Below are positions 40,223-50,887 of a stretch of DNA of 64,000 nucleotides, piece by piece. The notes under the pieces were generated by a model. It did not search any database and was not told the origin of the DNA. It saw only the letters and a list, made by a program, of their open reading frames with translations. The DNA is from Paraphysomonas bandaiensis. Taxonomy: Eukaryota; Protista; Chrysophyceae. The stretch lies in contig CBFFRP010000263.1 of the NCBI GenBank assembly GCA_965644295.1, positions 124,001 to 188,000 on the forward strand, read 5' to 3'. Position 1 is the stretch's first letter, and every line of letters begins with the position of its first letter. Both the position numbers and the translations under genes were made by a program.

Positions 40223-42064
40223 CAGGGGGCGATAACAAAATATTGCAATATATTGCCAGCAAAAATAAATAATAATAATATTTTAAAGCCCAATACGATA
40301 ATTATTGAATATGTTGCAATATATATATATATCTATAATTAAGAATTAATTGATACGCAACCCTGAAGAGAAGCATATATACATATTTTATAAAAAGGCT
40401 AGAATGAAGCCCCCTTGTATTGCTGTAGTAGATGCTGATGGAAAGCAAGTTACAGTTGAGAAAGGTGCTCTGAATGCCGTATATAGAGCCAGAAATAACC
40501 AGCGGGAAGCGAACAAGACAGCTAAGAGGCTAAAGAAAGCGGAGCAGCATAAGCAGGCAAGAAAGAAGGGTGGGACTTAGAGGAGGACAGGTCCAATGAG
40601 ATTGATTTTATACCTCCCACCACCGTTGACATGCTGAAGAAGCGGACCCAGGGAACAAACAAAAAGTCAACACACGAATCGACAGTTCTGATGAATATGA
40701 TATTCAGCAGGAGACTTCTTCATCTCATGATTGTGACCCCTTGACCACTTACTCTGTTGGCGATGAAATTATTACTGTCACCAAAATGCGTGGCACTATA
40801 CATGCTATAAATGATGATGGTACTTACCATCTTGTTTACAAGAACAGCAATAAGAAAGCTTCTAGCAGAGAGGACAAGTCCGTGCTCCCCAAGCACTTCT
40901 CCCTTGCACCTGGTATGTGTATCGATTCGTTTGTTTAAATGACTTTAAAATATAATCAAAATGCATTAAAAATGCATCAATGCAACACCTACTACACTAG
41001 TTTAAACAAAACGCTGTCTAATTTTAGTTAGCAGTATCATTTGTAAAATTTTCCCAGGTTTCGACCGTTTCACCAGGTTTTATGCCCAGGTCGACTTATA
41101 AAGTAAAAGTGAGTATATACTTAACACACAGAGAGAGGGGGGTTCGGCCCTGTACGGTGCTACTGTGACTTTAGATACTGGTAATATACACTGTTAATAT
41201 AATATAAAGTAAACATTATATGCATACGTGGGAATTTTACGATATTTTGGGTTAGAGTATTTAAGTAGAAATAATGTTAAAGAAACTATTCTATTTGTGG
41301 TATTAGGGTTAGAGACAACAAAAAATATTAATTTTATTATAATTTTAAGTCTCATAGGATGATGTAACAGACACGCTTTTTCGCTTACCAACAACCACAT
41401 TATCTGCCCTCATATATTACCACTGTCAACCCATTGATCATCATGATGAGCGAAATAAGTGTCATCGCCCTACTCGTAGCTACATTGTTTCCAGCCACTT
41501 GTGATTTAAATATACAACTTAAGTACGATCATCAATATATTACATATATTATTTAAGCAAAATTTGGCCTTGCAATTTATTGGTATATATTTTGCTCATG
41601 CTTGTGTGTCTTTGTTTAACCATGAATTACTCTTCATATTATTTACATAATATTATTATAACTCGACTATTATTATAACATCTTCTGTTACATAGAACGC
41701 TATTCATGTTCAATATTAGAATTTGTACTGTCTGTCTCTGTCAAGCTATTCACCAAATAGTATACTCGAAACTGCTTAAACTGCAGCTGTCGTTCTCATA
41801 CAAATATTTTTTAATTGTGATCTGTAATATTATGCCACTCTAAACAGTCAATAAGCAAGATGCCAGTAAAATAATCGCCATATCTGCCCAAACTATAATG
41901 GTTAATCAAATATATTTCTAAGACACACAAGCATGAGTAATATATTGCAATATATTGCGAGACCTAATTTTGCTGAAATAATAATCAATATATTATTGTA
42001 GCAAGCGCAAATAAATAATTGCAATATTGTATATTGCAATCCAATATATTTCTACATGGCCCTG
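40223..42064. mobile_element. Non-autonomous hAT element (1.84 kb) carrying coding fragments
   Basis: Left end cagggggcgata, right end acatggccctg; 8-bp TSD ataattgc at 40215-40222 and 42065-42072; subterminal sequence homologous to the MITE at 24328. Confidence 0.85.
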
Positions 42065-42858
42065 ATAATTGCAATGTAATTGCCAATTATAGTCTAAATA
42101 AATAAGTTACTCATTATAAGCACGAATAGCATCTTCAACTGTACTTGCATTCCACAGAAGTCTTTTAAAGGGCCTCCAATCGATAAAGTGTCATATATCA
42201 CTCATGTTCTAATGTTAACTTTTGCTCCACTGAAGAGCCGTTATATACACAATAAGTAGCGGAGGGGTAAATATACTTAGCGCAACGTTACCTTGTGCTT
42301 TCTGGGACACACAAGCAGCTTTCGTAGTGCTAAGTAGTACGATAATAGATATGTATATATGAGCTTATTGTTATGTTTGAGTGTTTGTTGTGATGCTCTG
42401 TAAGCCACTAATATATTGTGTGGTGTGAGATGGTATCTTAGACAGTCACAGTGTGTAATCAATGGATATAAGAACGACTAGGTTGAATACCAAAGTTGAC
42501 TAGGTTGAGTCATTTAGGGTACTTTTGCTTTAGGGTTACCTTGTGCTTGCGGTGACACACAAACAGCTTTCGTAGCGTAAAATAGTAGGATATCAGAGTT
42601 AAGCACTTGTTAGTTAAATTGTTTTGCTACATCAGTTCTGACTCTTACACGCCTATTGCTTCAATTAGTTCAATCACCACATATACCTCTGTACTGGATG
42701 TACTAGTACTATATACTATATCATTAGTTATAATGACCTCAATCTATATTTCATAATTTCGTAGTGACAACAAGATGTATTAATGGATGACTCAAAGTCT
42801 ACTAGTGTTTCATATTTAGTGTACACATTCCAACTAAACCGTACGCCACATAACTAGT

Positions 42859-44360
42859 CTAGCGCTTCCACTCACGCTTTAACAATGCAAGCAATATAAC
42901 ATCGTGAAAAGAGCCATGCTCATAGTATTGTTCTCGCTGCCTTCCTTCCACGACAAAACCCAGTCCAGTCAACATATTGATGCACCTGTCGTTATAAGCA
43001 CTAACAACAGCCTCAATCCTGTTCAGCCCCATTGCTGTGTATCCAAACTCCAACACCGCTCTAAGGGCCTCAGACATGTATCCATGACCCCATAAACTCC
43101 GTCGTAATTCTAACCCTACACTTGCTCGTCTATCTCCCCTATCCCAATAGTTAAACCCCACCATTCCACACACCTCTCCCGATCTTCCTTCTTCGACACC
43201 AGCCTCTGACCTCAAGACAATACCCCAACGGAGAGCCTGCTTTGAGCTGTACTGCTCTATCATAGATGAAATGAAGGAGCGAATATCTGCATCAGAAGAA
43301 AGGACTATCCCCGAGTTATGTTGCACCACTTCGAAGTCACCGCGACATGACTGGACGCCCTTAACATCATCAAGGGTCACCTCCCTCAGCAGCAGTCGAG
43401 CAGTGTAAAGTGTAGGAAAGCAAGTGAAGTCAAATTGGCTCTCCTGGGCCTTTTCATTTACACTAGGGTTTATATCTGAATCAGGCCGTCGAATAAACCG
43501 GACGAGTTCGGCGCTTATAGGAACACGAAGAATATCTTGCGGGAGGGTACACAATGCGTCATACTCCTTAAATAAAAAGAAACGCAGAAGTGGGGTAAGA
43601 AACCGGTCTGCAAGGCTCTCTTCTGGATGTTTAAGACAGTACACCCACCCAGGATACCCCGATAGAATAGGAAAGTACCGCATAGAAGTTGCCCTTGAAA
43701 CATCGCAAAGACGTATTCGGAGACAGAGATCAACACACTGAAGAACCAGTAGCAGGTTCGCAGATCGCATATACGACAGCAGATCTTCCTCCTCGGTTGC
43801 CTCAAAACACACAGATAGCCAACGTCTCATAGGAATAGAGTTTCCCTCCTCGTCGTTCATATCAGCAGAGAGGGCCGTGATCTCTCGTTTACCAAAAAGT
43901 GTGACAGCCGAAAAGCGTCTTTTGTGAACATCGACACACTGGTACCCTTCACGCAACTCCTTTTGGTCATCAATTCCGTATCGATTTAAGAGCTCGCTCA
44001 CTTCATCCCAATACTGAGAAACATCTTCTTTCCCTAGTTTATGTTTGACCCACCTCTCTGCTCCGGGTATATCACTGGACACCATTGACCTCACCTTAAC
44101 CTCCACTCTCTTCCCTGCCTATAGATATTACTGTTAAATCATATCATTGCATACATTCAACAGACCCGACACTTTAAACCATAAGAATCATTTGTTATGA
44201 CATAGTTATCAGATCGCTCTTCAGGCTCCTGTACGATGGTCTCGATATCACTCTCAAAGGACTCCAGACGACTATAGTTTAACTCATACTGGACTCGGAG
44301 ATCAGAGGGAATCCAATCGTCGTCTTTGTGAAGCGTTGGTAAGAATAATCGCCATTCCAT
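42859..44360 (-). CDS. Fusion of an N-terminal CYTH-like domain and a C-terminal RimJ/RimL-type GNAT acetyltransferase
   Basis: MEWRLF, ERSDNY, GLKCR, EVKVR, VHKRR and WLSVCFE (CYTH-like); FPTLYTARLLLRE, LWGHGYMSEAL, MGLNRIEA and GFVVEG (Acetyltransf_3); one intron near 44119-44165. Confidence 0.75.
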
Positions 44361-44721
44361 TGCAGAGATTGATACTGTTAGAGTGTGGTATGCGCTGCTT
44401 ATAGATATGCACCTACTCTCACTCTCACGTACTCTAGATGCATGAGGTACATACATACATGATTTAGTATTCTGCTGTAGTCCAGCTGGGCATGCATACG
44501 TACAGTATGTGGTGGACCATACCGCATAGCATACATACATATACACAGGCACATCCATACAGCCAGCAGAGTAGCTATAGGAGGGTGATGGAATCTGGTG
44601 CTATCCTGGAAGATACGAGCATATCCCACTCAACGTGAATAGGAGGCACACACTGCCCAGTCCTGCAGATCGTTATCTTCTTACTAGTTGTTAGTGTTCC
44701 CAATAGCACACATACAAGTCA

Positions 44722-46125
44722 ATGGATGAGTGTATTAACGCCTCTGGTAATAAGAGATTCGCCGGTAGAGTTCCTGTTGGCACTTCCCATCCGATTACAG
44801 TGACTAAAGAGGGACAGTTTCATGTACGCCGATATGTCAGTGGCGAAGAGATAACTGTTCTGGCTTGTGGTCTGGCGTGCTCTGAGATCGTGTCAGGACC
44901 GAATCTGGCTAATGTGATAAAGGCAGGACTAGAATACGAAAAGAGAACTGTGGAATTATTAGAGCAGGGTCTTCCTGCTCCGCCATTGAGTATTCATACT
45001 TCTGCTGGAGTTCCCGATGCGCTGTCTGATTTTATTCAAGAGTTGTCGAAACATTTGCCTTGGAGGGACACAGATGACTGGTGCGTCACATTACAAATGG
45101 AAGGTGCTAGCTCTGTACTAGCAGCAATAGATCTCATGATTCAACAGCGTCATTTGGGAGCTGATCGTAGGTATTATAATGGTGACCTTAGCTCTTGGAA
45201 AGTTGCTGTAGGTGCTACATCTTACCACGGCCCACCATCAACCTCGCCTGGTGCTAATACACCTCTATTTAAACAGAAACACAATCAAATCACTTACCCT
45301 GTCCCAACACCATTCATGACAAAATCAGAGCGATCTCATTATATTGATGTCTTTAGGGAGTGGCTGGAAACCAATGGAGATAAAATCGGTTGTTTGCTTG
45401 TGGAACCGCAGTGGGGATCAACAGCAGCCGGCTATCCATGGGATGCTAATCTTCTAGTCCAAGTTATTGATTTATCGCACGAAAAAGGAATTTTTGTAAT
45501 TGCGGATGAAATTATGTGTGGTCTAGGACGTCATGGACTTGGCACGATGTTTCTCTCACAGGCATGGGGACTTGATGTCGATGCTGTAACATTTGGTAAA
45601 GCTATAGCTGCTGGAGTCTACCCACTATCAGGGGCTATATGCAGAAATGGTGCCACACTACTAGGCGCCAACGGTAGATCAGTATTGCAGTCACATACAT
45701 ATAGTGGGGGCAATGTGAGATCGCTAATGACTGCTACGGCTGTGCTTCGTTTATTACCAACGTTACTTCCTACAGTTGACCGTACATCTGAACATCTGAA
45801 ATCTGTAATGGAGGAGTTTGCATGCAAAAGTCAGGGGTTGTTTCTTGTGCAGGGGATGGGATTAATGTGGGGTGCACTAATTAACCCTGATCATTCTCGT
45901 ATCAACCATAACTCGACGACTATAAAAAGTGTACTGACCACTTTCAAAATAGAGTGCGAGAAAAACCTTGTCTTACCTTATTTTGTACCTATTGGGGGAT
46001 TTATGGTAACACCGTTGTTTGATACAGATGAGAGTGTTTTTTGTATAATCGGACAGAGGCTGAATAATGCTCTGGCTTCAACAATGTGTAAACTGGAATT
46101 TGTAAACGATCAATCACTATCGTAA
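44722..46125 (+). CDS. PLP-dependent class-III aminotransferase, intronless
   Basis: SYHG, LVEPQWGS, IADEIMCGLGRHG, PLP lysine in TFGKAIAAG, and SHTYSGG. Confidence 0.92.
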   Translation: MDECINASGNKRFAGRVPVGTSHPITVTKEGQFHVRRYVSGEEITVLACGLACSEIVSGPNLANVIKAGLEYEKRTVELLEQGLPAPPLSIHTSAGVPDALSDFIQELSKHLPWRDTDDWCVTLQMEGASSVLAAIDLMIQQRHLGADRRYYNGDLSSWKVAVGATSYHGPPSTSPGANTPLFKQKHNQITYPVPTPFMTKSERSHYIDVFREWLETNGDKIGCLLVEPQWGSTAAGYPWDANLLVQVIDLSHEKGIFVIADEIMCGLGRHGLGTMFLSQAWGLDVDAVTFGKAIAAGVYPLSGAICRNGATLLGANGRSVLQSHTYSGGNVRSLMTATAVLRLLPTLLPTVDRTSEHLKSVMEEFACKSQGLFLVQGMGLMWGALINPDHSRINHNSTTIKSVLTTFKIECEKNLVLPYFVPIGGFMVTPLFDTDESVFCIIGQRLNNALASTMCKLEFVNDQSLS

Positions 46126-46947
46126 TCTGATGCTAATACATTGTCTAAGCAATGATCTAATCGGTATACTCGCACATGAAACGATTGAGATTTCGTGACA
46201 CATTTTCATTTTTATACATCAGAATATCAAAGAATTTGTTAGAATGTCTTACATTACATTATTGTAATTAGAAAAGATTACGTGACCTATTCTTAAGGTC
46301 AATACTGTTATGTCTTCCCGCCACGGCCAAGATCACTTAGCCATTGTATTGTATTGCGGAAAGTGAGTAGAATTTGCAATTTACTACAAGCATATTTTGG
46401 ATATTGCTTTCTCTTGGTTCCGTGAAACAGAATTCAATTCTATTTGCACGACACTCTGACCACCGATTGTTCATATGTATTAATCTTTTATTTCGCAATT
46501 TTTTGATTTAACCTACTAGTAATCATCTATCTAGTTCACGAAACTTTGATTTCTTTTTCAATTGATGAATAGCGAACATGTGTGTCATCATATAGCTTTT
46601 TTATTTCGTGGCTGACAGGAAGAGGAAGGGATAAAGAAGCAACAGATTTGAATACATAGAATATTATATATATTGGACGGTATTTATCCTGGAACATGTA
46701 ATACTAGCTTGGGGATACGGGGATACTATATGATAGTTTTGAAGTAAATCCAACAAAGTGGTTACTTACCACTTGAAATACAGTATTGCGTAATATGAAT
46801 TTATTTATTTATTGTCATAATACATCCATTCACACTAGTTGGCGATTTAATACAGAATGCTAACAAAGCATGATGACTAGATCGCCCATGTTATACGCTA
46901 GTGCACTGATACCACATACCACACACACATACGTTCAGCTCCACGAG

Positions 46948-48839
46948 CTACGCCGCAAACTTAGCACGAATACCAGCATCCAATATTGGAATCATAAAGT
47001 CACACTCTTTTCTTTTCACGCCACTCACCATATGCGCATCATTTGCTTCCTTGATGACCAATAATTCATCAGAATTTCCTTCATAGGGACTCCATGATGG
47101 CACTTCAGTCACGCCAACATCATTACTTGAGGGATTTCGAGAGGTAAAAAAATTTCCCCAGTATGATGACATAACATCTGCCATTAGTAAATCCTTTTCA
47201 TGTGCCAGCAATTCAGATTGGTGGAAAGCAAACTCAATTTCAGCGACATGTCGTGTCACTGGGGCATGGCGCGGAGTATGCTCGAAGTGATAAAGATATG
47301 TGGGCGATATCCGATCGCTGATTGATGCATTGGACAGTTGTTGGGATGTGTATTTCGCGGGACAAGACATAAAGTTATCACCTAGAGTGCAAGAGTCAAT
47401 AACAAATTTGTGATAGGTACAATGAATTCAAAAACGTACCGAGAGATCGCTGCGCGGCCCACCAATACACAGTGCCTTTTGGAGTATCAGGGTAGCTTTT
47501 ATTCACAACGTAAAGTTCATTAAGCTGAGCAATCTGATCAGCAGTATATCCCTGGTTCGCCCAGTGTGCATAAAGCTGACTTTCTGTAGCATCATGAGGG
47601 AAAAAGGTGAATATGGATCCTTCGTCAGAGTTCGTCCCGTGGAGAATAGGTACATCGTTAATATCTCCATTTGCAAGCGCAATCCAAGGATGTGTAGTCA
47701 GTTCAACTCCATCTACTACTGGAGCATATCCGCAAAATTTGCCGTACGTTTTCATCGATGCACGTTTCAGCGTAATCGCATCCAGGCTGCGTAAGCAATT
47801 CACATCTGCGCAGTTCGTTTCGGACAGAATATTATTGTACGTGTCCTCAGCACATTCAAGGTTTACACTGACCCAGTCAGAAAATGATCCTGATTCCAAA
47901 ATCACAGACTGATACAATCCAAATGATTTCGGGGCGGTAAGATGGTTGCTCATAGATCCAGCACCAGCTGACTCCCCAAAAATAGTAACACGATTTCTGT
48001 CACCTCCAAATGAACCTGCACGTTGTACATCAGATGGTGTAAACTCCGCAATAATAGGTGTTGTATTGTATGTTCATGTAATAAATATTGCACGTGATGT
48101 AGTGACAGGACATATCGACTATGCTATCAAACTATTACAGAGTATTGATATGAAGGGGGTTTACCTATATTACGTTGAACCCACTCAAACGCAAGTCGCT
48201 GATCTTGCAATCCATAGTTTCCAGTACTTCCACTCTCTGTATCTATAAACCTTAGATTCTCAGAGCCCAAAAAGCCAAACACATTTAAACGGTAATTAGT
48301 AGTCACCAGTATAGCTTTTCCTTGCATGTATTCAATCATGTCCACACCATCATAAAGTGGCAAATGGCTGCCACCAGATATATATGAACCCCCATGAACA
48401 AATACGCCAACGGGGACACTCCCTTCAGCATATGTATAATTCAAGTTAACATAAACGTTTAGAAACAAACAATCTTCGCTTCCATCATCAAATATGCCAT
48501 CATCTCCCCTGTGACATACAGTATATTATAATCATACGCTATCTGCGTATACACTCATATGTACCATAAATACTGTATACAGGCGTGCCCAAAGCGCGTG
48601 GCATCATATATCTGACTCGTGTTTTCATTTACCCATGGCACTGGAGGGGCCCATCTAAGGTCTCCTACAGGAGGCTGAGCGTATCTGATACCTTTAAAGG
48701 TCGCAATGTGTCCCTCTTGACTGCCCTGTAATACAGTCCCATCAGGTAGAGTTACGACCGTATCACTGGCTCTACATGTCACCAAAACAAGAAATAAGGG
48801 AGTGATTAACTGGATCATTGCTATGTTCTCATATGGCAT
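46948..48839 (-). CDS. Secreted type-B carboxylesterase/cholinesterase family protein, multi-exon
   Basis: FKGIRYAQPPVGDLRW, SEDCLFLNV, VHGGSY, NYRLNVFGFL, GNYGLQDQ, FGESAG, GTNSDEG and RHVAEIEF. Confidence 0.95.
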
Positions 48840-50041
48840 GATTCAGATGTTAGATCAGTTAGGAGATCTTAGAGAACATACATACAGCCATGTACTCTGT
48901 ATGATCTATACATGTATGTATGATGTCTACAGCAGTAGATGATGACGTAAAGTACCGGTATAGCCGTATAGCTGTGCAATGTATATTAGATAGGAATTCC
49001 TACGTAGTATTTGTAGCTGTATTACTGTAACACATCAAAAAAACGGATTTATGACTCCAAGGAGGACTTCTCAATCCTCGCAACATACATATGCACAGGA
49101 CGAGGGTTTAGGGATATCACACAACAGAGTAGTTATGCACATACATGTCGCTCTCCTGCATTAAGAGACAGTCTCTTTGTGTTCTTCATGTACACTTCTA
49201 GACTTTTAGTGGTATAGTACATGTGCCATGTTAAATAATCGATGTAAGTGAAGGGGTTGACATCATTGCAACGCCTGGTGCTCATCCGATTCATGAAATG
49301 AGCCCTAACTTGCACTCAACTGTAGAAGAACCTGTTCGCAACCGTGCAACATGAAATGTTTTGAAGAGTGCCATTGGCTTGGACATTTAATCATGTAGCC
49401 AATTTCAGCTATTTATTCATATTTATTTAAGCTATTTAAGCTGAACAACGTAGACTACATGGGTTCGAAAACTTTAAAAGCCGTATTACTGCCTCGACAA
49501 TATCTAATAGAATTTTGGTTAGTATAAAATTCTTCATGAATTCAACTATCTCTATGTGAAAAGGTCGTAGATGTTAGTGCAGTGATCGTTACATACTGGT
49601 GTTGTCTCCAGAAGTAACGAGCTCCTTGTATGTCTGTATAAATTTTGGTGTATAATTAATATTAAGGAAGCATATAATTATCGTAAGGACACAGAGGGGA
49701 ATTACTTAATGAGATACACTATGCAACACAACCAAAGTGGATGAATATTGTCGTCGCACATATTTTGTATTTTGGTATTTGGTGCAACTAACTCGTGAGT
49801 AAATGAAATAACTGGTTATAAGTTCCTATGCATATATTTAAAACTAAAAAACTATTATTTGACGAGAGAGGCGAATCTCATATGCTATAGTAACAAGTCA
49901 TTTAACCATATTGACCAGGTCTAACAATATATTTCACTTTGGCCAAGTACCATGTACAATGAAACTTTTCATCATAATTATGTCATGCTGAGCAAACTGC
50001 AAAATCATAAACTTAGGTAGAAATTTATTTGCGCTACCTGC

Positions 50042-50700
50042 TTAGCGATACTTTTGACACAATTCGTCAAATCCTTTTAAATCGAGGGTAGAAATACGCC
50101 TAATCTTTAATTAATAAACTGTTAGAAAATTACTTACATAATCCTACATTTACCTTTAGAGTCTCCTCATCCTCAACAAGTTGAAATATAGCATCTATCT
50201 CAGTACATGAGAGATCTACATTTTGGAATAAGTGTTTAGTTTAGTATAACAAGTTTATTACCAAGTGTGGTAGCAAAATTTCTGATAGCCTTTTCCTCAA
50301 GCTCATGCAAGCCGTCTGCTGAAGCAGCACGAATGGCATCATACACAAGAAGTTTCCTTATTTTCGCAAGCTTTGACTTTTCCATTAAGCTAATTAAATT
50401 CAAGGTATTATTTTGATCGCTTGAATTTAAAACCTCCTCGATGACTTTAGAATCATAATTCATACTTAGGAAATGTCCCCTTATCCAATGCATTTCACAT
50501 TCACTTAGTGATCCATCACCAAATGCCGAGCTCGTTACAGCAGCTATCATTCCCGCCTCAAGGTCGGCACACGCTGAAGGGGCAGAAGTGAAACCATATT
50601 GTTCCATATGATAATGGGCAGCTATCTGCTCTCGTATAGAGCAAAGAGACCTTTTGAAACATGGCATATAGTTATGTCGAACGAAAACCCGGGTCAACAT
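50042..50700 (-). CDS. TerB-like domain protein with a putative mitochondrial presequence
   Basis: GDGSLSECEMHWIRG and LVYDAIRAASADGLHELEEKAIR (tandem TerB DG..E motifs); Arg-rich, acid-free N-terminus; two short introns giving ...ELCQKYR*. Confidence 0.65.
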
Positions 50701-50887
50701 CGTAGATAAACCACAATATAGATATATCTAGTCCGCAAAAGATGCTGATAAATGGATGCACTTCACAGTACGATATTAGACACATAGCTGCAGTAGATAC
50801 AAACAAGAACAACAACAAGGATACGAGCGACTATCTTGGTACTGTATACAGCAGCAGCAGCAGTACGGAGTATTGTACTGGTGTACC

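Noticed and set aside
42859-46125. Ectoine (ectA/ectB) cluster
   Set aside because: The GNAT is RimJ/RimL-type rather than EctA-like, and no ectC is visible.
49133-49400. Possible decayed coding fragment
   Set aside because: No recognisable motif in the frames I could read.
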